Source of the DNA: Balanoglossus misakiensis | Taxonomy: Eukaryota; Animalia; Hemichordata | Direction of reading: 5' to 3' | Assembly: GCA_040954595.2 (NCBI GenBank) | Contig: CM082577.2 | Coordinates: 2,046,001 to 2,110,000, forward strand | Length of the DNA stretch: 64,000 bases | Shown here: in pieces, positions 1 through 14,864 of the stretch | How the letters are laid out: every line of letters starts with the position of its first letter | Position numbering within the stretch: position 1 is the stretch's first letter | Translations under genes and position numbers: made by a program | Notes under the pieces: generated by a model | What the model was told of the DNA's origin: nothing | The model's database searches: none | The model's input: the letters and a program-made list of their open reading frames with translations, nothing else

Positions 1-3000
1 CAACAAGCCAGTGTCTGTAATTTTGTTTTGTTTTGATTTTCAAAATGGCAAATGAATTGCCCCTTCATACAATGTTGCAGATTTCTTCGCCATGGTTTGT
101 CTGTTCAGAATGGCACTCAAGTAATTGAAAATTGGGTAACCAATTACGCGGATGACACGTGGTTTTGGCCATGAATGTTATATTTGCATGTTGTAGGTTT
201 CACAGGTCATATGAATCTGCATATTTGCAAGCGTTGCATCTGTTGATTTCCAGCGAGAGCACCAATCAGCTTGGCGGTTGTGACAAGAGTGAACGTCAAA
301 GGTTGTAGACTTGTTCAGGGCAAGACCGGACATCATGAAAGTACCTTGTGTGGTCATATTTCAACTCGTTGCTGTTTCGAATCACGGATTGCGGCTCAAA
401 TGTTAGCGTATTTATGTCAACTTGGCCAGCCATCAGTGAAAATGGAGATTCCAGTAAACTATACATGCTCCACGTGCACGTGCGCGACTCGCAACTTCTG
501 TTCAAGCAGCCAGCCTCGCCGGGAAGTACACGTCGTATCGTCGGCGGGCAGCACGAGCTTCGTCGCCATTCTTTCGGAAACTGTGAGTTTACAGTTTATT
601 TTATTATAATGCAATACTATGTCATAGCCCAAATTGTCGTTAGTTCTTAGAGAAGCGCCTGACTGTAGTCACATATCTCGAATTTCTGTGCAAGGGTGCA
701 ACTATAGTACTCCCATAGAAAGCGGAGCTAAAGATGGCGACCGTATGGAAGATAGTATATCCGAGACTGACTTCTCAATTTGATTGGCATCAGTTATCTG
801 AGATTGATCTCTATTAATTCTCCAACCTTCAAAATTCCAACCGCTTATTAATAGAGAAACAAGGTGTAAATGTCATAATCGAGAAAATAGCAGAACAATT
901 ATTCTTAAATTACTAGCGCCACGTCATTTCTTCTCGATTTATAGAAATTACAGACGGGGAACCATTGACCCGGTTACCACAGCAGAATGTCCAGCACTAA
1001 TGCATGTCCGACAAATAAAAGTTTCTGTTTTTTTCTCTAATTTTGTATTCACACCACGGTAACCTTAATAAGTAAAATCCTAAATAATTTAATTATTTCG
1101 CATTAGTGAAGATAATTATCGTAAAATGACAGAGTAAACAGAAATAATTGCACTATATTCTTCCATCGTTTGAAAGGAGAACACATCAACCGGTAATTGG
1201 AGTTCATGGGATTTGGCAAAGAAAACATTAATTATAACTACACGGAGGTGAAATTATTCGTTGATATAATTTTAAATGGATATTCAAAATCAAATTAAAG
1301 TTAACACATGAAACAATAATCGACAATTAATCAATATGATGTCACGCCCGATATCAAATATCTGGTGGGGTGAGTATAAATCGCACTCGATCGATCGGGT
1401 AATTGAAGCGTGTCCGTGGTTCTTCGAAGACAATTCCGAATGGTCGAACGGTTTAATTAATATGGAAACGTTTAGTGAACGTTCCTCATTGACAATCCAT
1501 TTCCTGCCTAAAGTAATATTATGACGCAAAAGTATGCAAATATTCACGCCAATATCATCCAGCGAGAAAAGCTGCTTTTTCACACTCTATTGAAACCGAA
1601 TAGAAATTCGATAATTGCCCACGAGTAATTGTGTTCTCTCGCGACATACTATTCACCTCCTAAAATGCATAAAATATCTGTATTTTTTCATTCGTCTATT
1701 AATAATGTTGTGTTTAATAGTGTACCGGTGGGTAAATATTGTGACCACATATCGATATTGTGAGTTGAGTTCCCGATTTTCATATTCTACATGTATACTA
1801 CTGGGTCGATAATCAAGGGTAAGCCAAAATGGCGCGTTTTCTGGACGAGTGGGGACTTGGAACAAGAAACCTATCAATACACGAACACGGGGAACTGTGT
1901 AGTCAGAGACTCATAAGGTTTTAGGTGTTATTATTGGTTGCCAAGAAAGTAAAAACAAAATGTCTGCCACCCATTGATTGAGATACTAGTACCTGTAGCT
2001 TATGTTTTGCATCTTTTTTTCCTCGCCACCCCGCCCAAGATCTAATAGAGAACCAAAATGTAATCCAACCTTCGCGACGATTAAGACGGAAATATTCCAT
2101 TAATTCGGCCCGGCGGTATTAGTACTTGGACCCTGCCCGAATGGTAATAGTATAACCACTTTGTGGAACGTTATCGTCATCATCGTCCGTGAATAATAAT
2201 CGAGCAGGAGAACTATAGAAGCAAAACAGATTACTTCATAAAGATGTTTTCAGTCGCATGGAAATTGCGACCTTCCATTTATAGCGTCTTCCGCTCGGGA
2301 GTCTGTTGCAATGTACTTAAATACGGTAATTTATAACCTTAGTATAACTTTAATCATCCCAAACAAACGTTCACTTCCACCTTTAAAACGCTGCCATTCT
2401 GCGACGAAAATTTCCCGACAAATGTCCGCTTAATTCCATCAATACACCCAGTGGAAGCGTCTGGATGCAAATTAGACCACCAGACTTCAGTCTCCTGTTG
2501 CGGTGCGCTTGCAGGAACCGTGTCACAGTCACATGTCCACGCCAATATGCAAATGACCACCCGTGGCCATTAGTTGGCGCGGTTCACTCAGCGGGGGGTA
2601 TCGCTCCGAATGACATCACCCCTTGCATAATCTATTCTTGTGTTGACATTTCCAATTACTCTCCACGATGGAACCAGACAAAGGGAGTCATAATTTACAA
2701 TACTTCCATAATTGCGCCACCGCTGGGTTGATTATTGTCAAAGTCATGTGACCTTGCCGCCCAACCACGTACTTCCCTGACGTCTGGCACATTCTCGTTC
2801 AAATAAACCATTTCACTGTGAACACGGCCCGCACTGGGCAATACGTGTTTAATTACTAGTTCTCTAAATTAAAATAGGTCGACTAATCTCGGTTAATTAT
2901 TGAGCAAATCCAGTAGTAAGATATTCGTGTGGCCCTTGTCCATTGTGTTCGATTGGTCTGCTTTCTGGGAGTGACCTTTCAGTCATATTACTTGCATTTG

Positions 3001-6000
3001 CATCAGTTTGTCATCCCATACAGCCACAATCGGGCATCGATAAGGTGTTCATGTATACCTATCAGTAAGTTTATTTAGATGGCCCAATTTAAGTTGAAAA
3101 ATAAAATCATGAAAATGATGCAAAAAGTTACAACTCTAGAGGCTTTAAACAATGTGCAAAACAATTTTAAAGAGTAACAAAAAGTTTAAAACTGTAGCCA
3201 AAAGATTCATGTATACTCTTGAGAGACTGGTCCGCGCGAAACATGAAAAACCAAGAGAAAGATGCCAGCAGTTGTGAAGGCTAAACCTGCAATCTCATTA
3301 TATTTGCATCACTATAAATCTTAAATTATATACGCAATAAAATCCGACCTTCAATTTCAAATTACCATGAAAGCAACATCGATACTTGGTAATTACATTT
3401 TCGTGTTGTTAAAGGTAAATTTTCGATGTGAAAAAGTCTCGACGTTCCTGAATCTGATACGGTCGTGGGTCTAATTTCCCAGCCCCGGTTGGGTGCGTAA
3501 ATCATCCCGCACCAACAATCAGCTGGTCTTCCGTGGTAACCTAATTTCACGGAGGCCGAACTGCTCGGGGGAAGGGGGTGATATGCACAGTCTAATTTGA
3601 ATAATAACTCATGGTTCAGAAATACCTCTATCCTGAAAAAAATGGTGGTCATATATCATGGCGTTTGAAATGGGATGCCTCTTTTTGCCGCCATACTGTG
3701 ACGGCATGACAACACCGTTGCAGAAATTTGCAAGGCGGGACCCTAGGGTCGTCCATATACATAATTCACTCGCATATCTCTGGTCATGTTTATGTCATTT
3801 TATGTAATGTTCGCAGTAAATTGTAACGGAAGGGGGTGTTCTGGTGAATAGTTAATAATGCCAGGGGTGTTTCGCAAGAAAAACTGCTTTACCTGGCGCC
3901 GGACGCAGAATATTGCAAACTAGAAATCTAACAAAACACACGAGTGGGCTCCCGAAGAAAAACTTACAGTGTGCACCATCTATAATTTCAGCGACGTGTT
4001 ACCAAAATTGGGGTTTTAGTTCAGGTGGCTATTATTACATTTTAAACTGATATCACTATAACTGTACTCTAGACTGAAATTACTTGTGAAAATGAAAATT
4101 GCATGATGACGACTGGTGCACATCATGTATGCAAAATCATTTATACTCTGAGTACAGCCAACAACGTTTTCCAGAACAGAACGTATACCTTGGTGTTTTT
4201 AATATAAGGATATTACCTGCCAAATTAATTACCCAATTGAAATAGACCAATGTGGGTGTTATTTAATTTCATCCCGCCTCCCAGTCACGGTTATCCCTTT
4301 GCGCTAAAATGAATGATGAACCCCCCCCCCCCCCTCAAAAAAATTGAACGGAGAGAATGGGCAATTTGCTTTGTTTTGCCGAGCGAAAAGGTGTCTGTAA
4401 AAAGGGCCCCTGGAAATATTAGCACGCTACACTGAATCTCAACGCATGCAGCGTTTAGAGCAACTAGTGGAATTCCGCACGCAGTCCCGGCACACAGTAC
4501 ATGGACAGGCCTGTGTCAACAAGTCAACGCAAATAACCCATTCAAGTCATGTACTCCCACCGTTGCAGACTCAGTCGACTGGGAATGCAACCTTTACTTT
4601 TGTCGGCGAAAATTAAATGTTAGAAGTCCCTGAAAGCAATAATTAAGAAGCCATATTGATTGAGCCATAGTGTGACGCCGTTGGCATTAATAATTTCCAC
4701 AAGGCTGCGAAGGGGGGGAAAGTCTATTCAACGGGCGAGCTTGTTTCAAACTTTAAGTTTTCTTGACTATCGGGCAAAAATTCATCTATACGGGTTAAAT
4801 CATTCGTCATTTCAACTTTTCTAAAGCAAATTCACTTGTCATTTTCATGCGTCTGTCTACGCAGTTTGTTGAGAAGAAAGTGTTAAAAAAACAAATAAGC
4901 TTAAAAACTCCACAAGAAGTGTTTTGCATTATCGACGGCTCTGCTGGTTGTATGGATGGATAGATGTTCCTCTCAATATCCATGGTATCCATGTGTTTTT
5001 CAAGTTGTCGTTTGCCGGTCTGTGCACATAACTACCTACATATTGGCGTCTATATTCGTGGTGCAGATCCACCTTTATCAGTCGGATGATTTATTCCAAT
5101 CCAGGATCCCTCCATGGCATGACCGATACTCCAATCACCGCCCCCACGACACAAGTACTAGCCCTAATCAACGCCACCCCAATGATTTATAATCTCGGCG
5201 AAACTCCCATAGCATGTTAAAAACCTCTATTCCGTTGTAAAATCAAATCAATATCCATCAAGCCCAGTACCCCATGGACATCTCATACGAGATGGCCGCC
5301 ATTACAAGTACCAGCGCAAACACTGGTCACCAGACACACTGTCTGTCGTGGCTATCATTGCCACAAAATGAATATGAACGAGTGCATGGGAAGTGATATA
5401 CCATTTACTCAGTGCCAAATTGAAAAATCAATCATACACTAATGTTAGGATACCGACCGCGCATTGCAGAAGAGGTAATCCTAGAACGTTTTACTCGCGT
5501 TTGCTTGACTGGACAACTTGATGTCAAGTACGTTTGACTGGTATGTTCGCTTTCTGCGCGCTGTTGTGTTACGGCACGTTTGTTCGTATGTATGACATCA
5601 CGTTTTGGATACTAAAACGTCACATTGTTCGTTTAAATGTATCAACAAGTGAAAAGTGCATGAATATTTCGTTTGGATGTCAGTAATTAGTGACAGGTGC
5701 CACATGTGGAGCAGGACTACTCACTCTTTTCGCCAGCCGAGATCTGGCAGCGGAAATATGGTGACGTTTTACGAGATTTATTTAAACGCACGAAAAAGAT
5801 CCACACGAATATTTGCCACATAACGTGAGCATAACATGGATTTTTGATGCCTCCAAACCACGTCGTTGTGGCAAGCGTGTCGACCGTTGCAAGGTGACGT
5901 CAGCCAAACTACATCCAGGTCTCTGACAACGTACAAGTGCTGTCACCACTCGCTGTTTCACAAATCAGAGACAGGAAATCAAAACGTCTACGTCACTGAC

Positions 6001-6581
6001 AGAGGAACGAGAATAAAATTTGAAAAGTCAACCTGTAATCGATTGTTATAATTCTCTGTTCAAATCTCCGTTACTCCGAGATTTTGTTTACTCACCATTA
6101 ATCAACTTACGTGTGTCCAGCACAGGAGGAATGTCCAACAGGGTATGTAATTCATACCCAGGTTTCTATATTCATAGTCTATTATTAATTAAAATATATT
6201 TAGTGTGTGTAAACACTGGGTGTTTTATCTGCTGCATTGAATTTATGCACTTGAGAAACTGCATTACAGGAAAACTAATTTAATTCAATCAATTAACTCA
6301 GTATCATTCTGGTTTTATGTGGGTAAGATCAGTGGTGTTAGTTGAAGATGATCCCGACCCCGGAAAACTGTAATAGCAAACTGACTGCATGACGTCAGTG
6401 TCCCTCAAATGGAGTTGGCTGACTCCCCCTGTCGTGAGAATGGTTATTCCCGATTCGTCGCGAGGTGTGCGTGTGTTGTGTTCCGGTCTTGAAAGGTGCG
6501 CGGCTCCGAGTCATTTTTTCGTCGGGAGGTGACCAACCATGAGGAGATGCGGACGTCTGGTTCGGACAAGACTTCGTAACG

Positions 6582-9500
6582 ATGGCACACCTGACAGTTC
6601 TGTTCGCAAGTGGGATTGTCCTCCTCCTTTGTCCGGGAACCTTAAAACCAGGTACGTGACAAAGACTCGCCCCGTACGCCGTGTTGTACTTGGGAAGAAT
6701 TTCGTTCGGGACGATTCGGTATCGCTACACCTCAGTCACTTCACCGCAGTGTCAAGTCGAAAAACGTGTCAGGTTAGCCGGGCACTTCGCATGCAATTAG
6801 CGTCCCACGTTTGATTTAAAATGACACAGAAATTATGGTAACTGTTTTCGGCGGATATATACCACGATGCTATTAAAGCGCTATGTGCAGCAACGTTAAC
6901 TACATCTGTTTCAATCCTGGGCGTTACGGTGCAGGGCAGGCAAGCAACAGGTTTCAAACGGCGATTTCGATTGAGTAGGCGGTTTTAATATTTTGAAGAT
7001 ATAGATTAGTGCCTGAGAACGTTTTGATCAGGAAGGAATACACTTCTGGTCAATACTTAGTATCAATTTGGGGGACGGACTCCGCGTCACAAGTTCAGTC
7101 AGGTGAAACCTTTTAAGCTTAACTGTTTTTGAGACACCACTAAGAATGTATAGGTGTTTAGCATCAGAGAACAGCGTGACGAAAGTGCGTTTGCCGTCTG
7201 GTATTAGAAAAAGAAATTTCCCACATTGGCGAGTAAATGACGAACTAATGCAGGGGTTAATGATCTATCGTGTTCACATTAAAAAGTCCGTATTTTTTCC
7301 AGAGGAAAAAACGAAGTTTTTCATTAAATAAATCGATTTTTCACGTGGGCTTTCGTTTTCATTTCCTTACCCTTTTGCGGCGGTATTAATTTCGCTATGG
7401 CAACGTTTCCCATGAAAAGCAACTTTACGCCGACGCGTCATTGTTCTTGTTGTGTCTATAGGAATTGGTCGTTGACTCCTCATCGTTTTCAGTCTGTAGC
7501 TTCGCCGCACAATTCTTCAGAACAGAACGACAGCTATACAAAGCTCTCCACTCTTAAATCGACGGCTTTGCGGATTTAAGCTTGTAGTTGAACAGTCGGC
7601 GCAACAACGGTATCTATATAACGGTGTCGCTAAGTCGTCAAATGGGTTTTTAAATCACAACCTTTTAACTTCCACCTCCGACAGTCCTTTACGCAGTATG
7701 TTTTTCAGAAAATATTACCATAACGATGACTACTTTGTGACTTATAATTATAATAATGCTTAGGCCCTACACAGGTAAATATTCATAATCAAAATTTATA
7801 TTTAGGCTGATAAATGCTTAAAAGTGAATCTCTGTGAAATAATACCATGCAGTGTTCGTTATAGCGTCCAGACATGATCCAGGGTAGTCTTGTGCCATCT
7901 ACACCGCATATGCCGCCATTGTAAACACCGGCACTCCGTACAACCTTTTCAGAAGTTTATTACCCTTGTAAAAATGAAATATGTTTGATTGACCCTCATG
8001 TGATTTTGATTGGCCCTTGTAAAATATGGCTGATTGACACGTACGAGAGATCCCTTTAATGAATCACCGTCTCTGAATTCTTGAATCGTGAAAATAAGTA
8101 ATGCGCAATAGACACATATTTATTATAGATTTCGAGCTTCTCCAGCCATACTAGTATATTGTAATATCTGTCACTTGCAATTCATCATGTGCAGTGCGCA
8201 CTTGCCACAGGTTGTTGTAGGTGACATCCCGGTATATCGTTACTTGTTGCAACACAATTTTGAGCATTACCCCAACAAATTAAAAACAATATAAGTAATG
8301 GAAGTTTATGTGTTGTGCCCATACCAAGGGCGCGAGTTGATCATGTTTCAGTGAGCGAACCACATATAATTAGACTATATGAAAGGAAACTGTCTAAAAT
8401 TACTGGTATAATGTCAAACGTGGACGCCTTTGTCTCTGGTGAACTGCAATCCTCGGAATGTGATGCAGCCATGTATTTGACTGCGGCATGTGCTGCATGC
8501 TGCAGGGAACACAAGAAACCCCAGCTAATGAACAAAATCAACATATCAGATTGGACGGTAGTTAAACCATACGCGGACCGTGGGTGGTATTCACCCCGTC
8601 AGTTCGCATTACACTGAACCGATCAATTTGAGCAATAATCGCGCTATTTCCATGGCGATGCCTTCACGGCGACTCAAGCTGGAATGTTAAACGCGCTGGC
8701 ATCGAATTCATATAACAAGTCCCCTGACAATTGTGGGCGACCCTCGCTTAAAATTTGTGTGATGAGAGTATTGGATAGAAAAGAAAGATATTTCACCTGA
8801 GAAAAATCATACCAAAATATGAGGGTAGGGATTAAATGTATTCTCTCTCAGAATCTGAAAAATCACCTGTTTTGTTCATCTTCGCCTGGCAATTGCCCGG
8901 ATGCTGTTGCAAGGCCGTTCGCGTACAACATTACGTCACAAATTGGTAGATTGATTTCGTTCGTGCGGCTATGCGAAGCATCGTGATTGTTTACGCTCGC
9001 GAAAATTCATTTCTTAACCAAGATATATCGCATTTACTCGGGCGGACGCATTGCCGTCCCCGATTTGAACAGACTCGGCAATTGCGTGGTTATTGTTTTA
9101 ATAGGCCCTACAGACTAAACGTTTGTCCCCGCCCGACCCTGTCTCTGCTGTGCCCCGCGGTGTTCGGTATACTCACAAGCATCGCGCGATGCTCGCTTTG
9201 CGTCGGAGAGAGTAAAACGGATTGTAAGTGGAAGTAAACCCGACAGGACCGTAAGCTTAGGAAAGTTGGGCGATATTATGAATAATATGCGAGTCATGAA
9301 TACACGAGCACCTAATATGTTACATTCGAAGTTTTAATATGAAAGCAATAACCAAAGCACCGCCAGCGAGGTGATGGAGGGACCGCGCTTGAGGGGGGGG
9401 GGGGGGGGGGGGGATCGAGGTGCTGCAAAAAAAGTACCCGATCGGCACAAAAGCTGTTGGAATCGATAGCACAGCTTACACGTATACTGTATGTCAGGAG

Positions 9501-12500
9501 AATGTCAGCTCATTTTGGGAGGTTTGCTAATCGTGTCTGACGAAAAAAGAGAATTCCTGGTCGTTGTTTGATGTCGGGGATTGTGTTATTTGATTTTGCT
9601 CAACAGAGAGTTCTTGAGTTTCACGGCGCGTGTAGTTGCTCGTGTTTCAAAGCAAACGGGTCTGGAGGAAAGCATATTACCATGGAGACCGGAAACGCTG
9701 AGCCCCCCCCCCCCCTATAATTTTCTGGTGGAAAGTGTGATGGAGTTCCAATTTCATTAATTTGGACATTGTTTCCTAAATGTAAATAAGACACTGCCTT
9801 CGTGGATCGAAATGGCAGATCGTGCAAATATACTGAAATGTATCTTGCTGTTAGTGGAAAAAAGGGTTTATTGAACTGCGGGGCGCGTGATCGGCACGTG
9901 GAAATACGCACTGATCCTGTGTGTAATGAAACAGATACACTCTCCCGGTGTTCCTGTCGCGTAGAAAGACAGACAGGTAAACATTTGGTACAAAACATTC
10001 AATTTCCTCCCGCTTGATTGCAGCCAAACAAAATCGTAGATTTTTCCCCTGTGTTTGTTTCTGCCTGTCTTCTGATGTAACTATGACGTAAGGGACTATA
10101 CTACAGGGCATTTGTAAACCTCAAATTCAACTGAGTGGATGTTTAACCTTGGACAATTACCAGAGACTGTCATAGGTTTTCTCTAACTCAATCCTTTAGT
10201 GTCGAAATAAAACGCATTTACAATAAAACTGTTTATGATCACATATTAAGCTGAACGGTCTTAAAAGCCCAACATCTGTCATCTCAGATATGCTTTATTA
10301 CATGTGTGTGTCCGGAGATGATCGTAGCAAAAACCACTTTGATACTAGCAATGTACTTGAACGCCACTTTAATGACAACAAAAACGTGTTCGCCTGTCAC
10401 GGCTCATTACCATCAAAGTGACGTGGTTAAATCGATCAGAAGTCGGCAAATATTTTGACAGAGCCACTGGAGTTGTCGTTTCCCCCACGTGCGGTGGCCA
10501 TTTGTTCCTGTCTTCGTGGGTTCTTTAAACAAAGCGTGAGAACACTAAGCTAATAGTACATCTACAAACACTAATGCAGATATGCACTTTTTCGTTAATT
10601 TCTCTCGGGAGCATAAGACGCCGCAAATTTCTTACAGGTCATTCAATAATTATTACTCCAACCGTTCTGGTACGGCATGGTTGTTTGAAAGCTTTGTTCT
10701 CGTTTTACACCGTTTTTTTATCAATTCCCCAAATCCTGCTCCATCATGTCCAACTGTTGGACTGCATTAGTGATGGATGGTGTCCCATGATGCCGTGCGA
10801 GACGAAAAGTGGTATGATATTACGTTGATATTCTAGCAAACACCAATGTGATATCATGGCAGTGGTTTAATTTGAATTGTGCTGAAAGTAAAGCGTAATT
10901 AAATTGTCTGGTGATAGAATATATCGCGTTAACATCGCTCAAAATATTCGCTCGTAATATCATACATCTTCTCTGGCCCAGCTATGTTTATTTAGGGTAA
11001 GTCAACGATCGGGCCAAGTCGTATGGTCCAGACAATGAAATAATAATTGATCACAGGTTACGTTTCTTTTGTTTCTCTTTCTGCCCGCGTACTGAGACTT
11101 AAGTGATTTCTCTCAATTAGTTCGTTACGTGTTTGTTTCGTTAGTGAGCTGTACGTGAAATCAGGTTTGCAATTGCACGCGTCGTAGGCTGAGCGCGGTC
11201 GGCATGTCACGTTTGTCGAACGCGCAGATCAAGAGACTGCACGGTTTACGCAGATCCTGAGTGATTGTCCCAATAATGACTTTACTTTAATCAAACGAAT
11301 ATTAATTAAACCTTAATGAATTAATGGGTCTTTTAATGCAAACTCGTTACATTGAATAATTCTCCATTGTTGCGGCCTTTGTGTGCGCCCGGACTCTATC
11401 CCATTGTGTCTATTCAAATCGCACGGTGGCCATCCAAATTGAAATTTCTGGAAGGCCAAGCTAGTCTGGAGATTCTGTGCGGCATTCACACAGATTACAA
11501 AAGTTGTCGTTCTGTGAGGCATTTGCGTCACGTGACTACGGTAACCGATTCAGTGAATTGTGGCGCGGAAATGCAATGGCATCATCCGTCTTTTCATGAA
11601 TTCGACCCCGCAGTCACGAAATGTCCGGTATGTTTCGGCACTGTCTCTGAAAAGAAACCCGACCACCCGAGACTTCTCGGAGAGGGGAAAGACAGTAAAT
11701 TAAGAAACCTTAAGCCGCCGGTGAAATCGGGCGACACGGGGGTGATTTGGAGAATAATCTGGCAATAACCAAACCGAGTTTACTGCCACTGCCAGAGACT
11801 TTAATGGCTCCATAGAATTTTTATACGCACTTCTGAGAAACGCCACAATCGGGCGGTGTTGCGTTCGGTCCTTTTTCTGCACTAAATCGCCGGGAATGAC
11901 TTAATTAAGTCTCTTTGCTCACGGAAGACGTCATTCTGCATACAGAATACATCAGGTTGAAACGATTGCGGGTAAAGACTCGGAAATGGCGCCCGCGGTT
12001 AGCTAAACGACAGCAATAAAGGAGAAATAATATAAGTTTCTACAAACGCCGAACAATGGGCTCGGTTGCAGCATTGTTCCCAAACGCAAAGTTGCACTGA
12101 GATTTCCATCTTTTCATGCCATGCCTCAGAGAGATCACTTAGGAAAGAAGAAAAAAAAGTCGGTCACAAATTTCAGTTAATGGCTTAATATGTAATCGTC
12201 AGCTTCCTCGCATTACAAATTGTATGCCCAATTACTTCATGCTTTTCAGTAATGTTTTAATACGTAACCAACGACTTCCTCAGATTAATATTATAAATTT
12301 CACGCCCATTTCTGTATTCCCTGGTAACACAAGTGTTGCATTAATATTTGAATGATGCATGATAATGCATCGCTCTGTGTGTTTTTTTTCTGTATCATAG
12401 CGCCGCCTCTTTGTAATTTTTCATAGAATCGATGATGAAAATTACTCCTCACGGGTGCACACTCTCCCCCTCCCCACCAGATGGACGTTAAAGTGACAAT

Positions 12501-14864
12501 AGCTGCATTTTTTTCATGCGCAATTCCATGCATGCGCACTGTCGTAAATCTCCAAGGCTTTTTACCGAACACCTGCTGTATAATGTTATCAAACAGTGAA
12601 CGAAGTGGTGATGACTCCTTGTCCACGGTCTTCTATTTATCCAAGGTTCTTCAAATGTTGTTACACGCACTAGAAGACTGTTATGTTTCTGTTACTCTCG
12701 AATACACATCAATTGTGTACACATAAGTCGGAGTTAATTACACCAGTTGCCATAAATCACACAGTAGCAAAATTGAGCACTAAGTGTTTGTTTTTCCCGC
12801 GCAGTAAATCTTTAACGTCGCCCATATACGGTCGCTCAGCGGTTTTTGTCCTCCACACATCAACGGCCCGCCCTTTACAGACCAATTTTTTACTTTTTAT
12901 ACTTGAAAGCTTGAAAGGTTACCACAAACGCCAATGGTTAAAGCAAACAAGAAATATACAATTTATTTCGTGAGATAATGGGATTAATCAAATGAGAACG
13001 TCAAAATCGATTCACATTAATTCTGCAGACCCGCGAAAATGTTACACAATCTAATACTCGGCCATAACACGGCCGTCGCTTCAAATTAGATTAGGGATAA
13101 ATCTTTTGAAGTCGATTGTTTCAAACGACGTGATTTAATTGCAATTTCTACCGCATTAAACGCGCCTGCCTTTGGTGTTGAAATTTTAATATGGGTTTTA
13201 TTGGCGCATTAGGACGATATTGACGCGGTGTTGATCGTGCAATAGAAGAATAGACTCGAAAGCTGGATGAAATTTTGTATTTTGTCATAATGGAAAGCTG
13301 GATGAATTTTGTCATAACACACGTGACTCGACTCTTGAAGGATGTGGTTATCGCTCGTTTATACCACTAATAGGCATTCTAGCAGTGGCTTTGCGTCGCA
13401 AGTCAGACGGCTATAATTTTATAAACATCGTTTACTTCGGAGAAGTAGTCTTAAAAAGTGTGCTTTAGAAAACACTGTACAAACAAATCCCCATCAATTG
13501 AATTGAATGCCGCGGCAATTGGATGGGACGAGGGTATTGCGTCAGTGATGACGGGGAAAAGCCCATCCCAATGCTTTGAAGCAACGGCCATGACGTCACT
13601 TCCTGCAAAATCATGTAGGGGATACTTAAAGACCCAATCAAACGCTAATCAAACATCAATCATATTGCGCAAATTTACCGTATCGACCCAATATTTAGAC
13701 GCCATGATTATGTCAACCACCTCCAATTCTGAGATTAACGGGGATATTAAAAACGAGAGTATCTTAATACTGAAAAACCCCAACCCTATTTTTCGATCCG
13801 TGCATTATCAGAAACCACAAGTCTCAATACCACAGTCAGCCTATACCCCTGGTACAATTGTCGTGTAGTTCACGACTGCATTCAACGACCATTTTAACAA
13901 TGCTGTTGGCTGGCTGTACACACATGCATAGCCATGCGCCGTGAGATAAAATACAACGTATACTAGTATTTCACCATGTTTCAAGGATTCGAACCCCAAA
14001 CTACAGTACATATGACACAGAACAAAGATACAGACAATGTTAAGGTACAGCTAATTGAACTTGGAACATTTTGCATTGCTCTTTTCTGACAGGCCACGCC
14101 CTGAAATGCTATGACTGCACGGTGCAATTCAAAGAGAGATACGTCCCATCCAGATGTCAGTACACAGTCGACAAGATTCTGGAACCCAGGGAGTGTCAAC
14201 CACACGAATATTATTGTATGGTGAGTGAGTTGCTATGGCGATGGTTTGGTTGCCAAGGATTACTTGCTGACAAGCATATTTAAATGAAGACAAATGTTAA
14301 CATGTTATGCAAAAAAATTGGCAATGATATTTTCAATTGCGTAGGTTTAATATGTTAAGCATGTTATGTTTGATTAATATGGGCGTTGTCAAACAAATGG
14401 AAGTTAGTTTCATTAAAACTTCTGTTCCTACAAAACTTACCAATATATTTACATTGCGCAAGTGTACACACATTAAGTGCTAACTACAAGCATTGACTGT
14501 AACCTGACACAAGACATACATGTAACCTTGACTACAAGCAGCAGTTTCTTTGAAATTATTGTTTTCTCTCCCACCCCCACCTCTCTCTCCCACCCCCTCC
14601 CCTTCCCCCTCTCTTTTCGCCGTACAGGTGACGCGGAAAGAGACCAATGGCGTTGTGACGTATTTTGAACGGAATTGTGCAAAACCCGATCGCTGTCTTT
14701 ACGGCTGCAAGTACAGCGGTTTTGGCCTGACGAAGTTGCAGTGCACGTCTTGCTGCAGTCGGGATGGCTGCAACACGGACAACGAAGCGCCCTCAGTCGC
14801 TCCTGAGAGAACCGTGATGTTGTTCGCACTCGCGTTAGTGGCGATTGCGTTACTCGTCGTGTGA
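6582..14864 (+). CDS. Ly6/uPAR (three-finger, LU domain) GPI-anchored protein, quiver/Lynx/LYPD-like, 144 aa
   Basis: Exons: 6582-6651 (signal peptide MAHLTVLFASGIVLLLCPGTLKP, donor G|gtacgt, phase 1), 14093-14220 (cag|GC, HALKCYDC...YYCM|gtgagt) and 14628-14864 (cag|VTRKET...CTSCCSRDGCN...MLFALALVAIALLVV*). Has the LKCYxC start, the CCxxDxCN end motif, 12 Cys and a hydrophobic GPI-signal tail. Exon 1 was assigned by phase match and hydrophobicity across a 7.4-kb intron. Confidence 0.88.
13258..13317. repeat. Short imperfect tandem duplication
   Basis: gaaagctggatgaa(a)ttttgt...cataa occurs twice in succession. Confidence 0.7.

Noticed and set aside
808-858. 11-bp inverted repeat tctctattaat/attaatagaga
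   Set aside because: AT-rich and short with no target duplication; plausible by chance.
11352-11768. 138-aa ORF with a CPVC motif in Ly6 intron 1
   Set aside because: Non-ATG start, no recognisable domain and no supporting splice structure.
13985-13997. Pol III B-box GGTTCGAATCC on the - strand
   Set aside because: No A-box or cloverleaf upstream, so it is not called as a tRNA or SINE.
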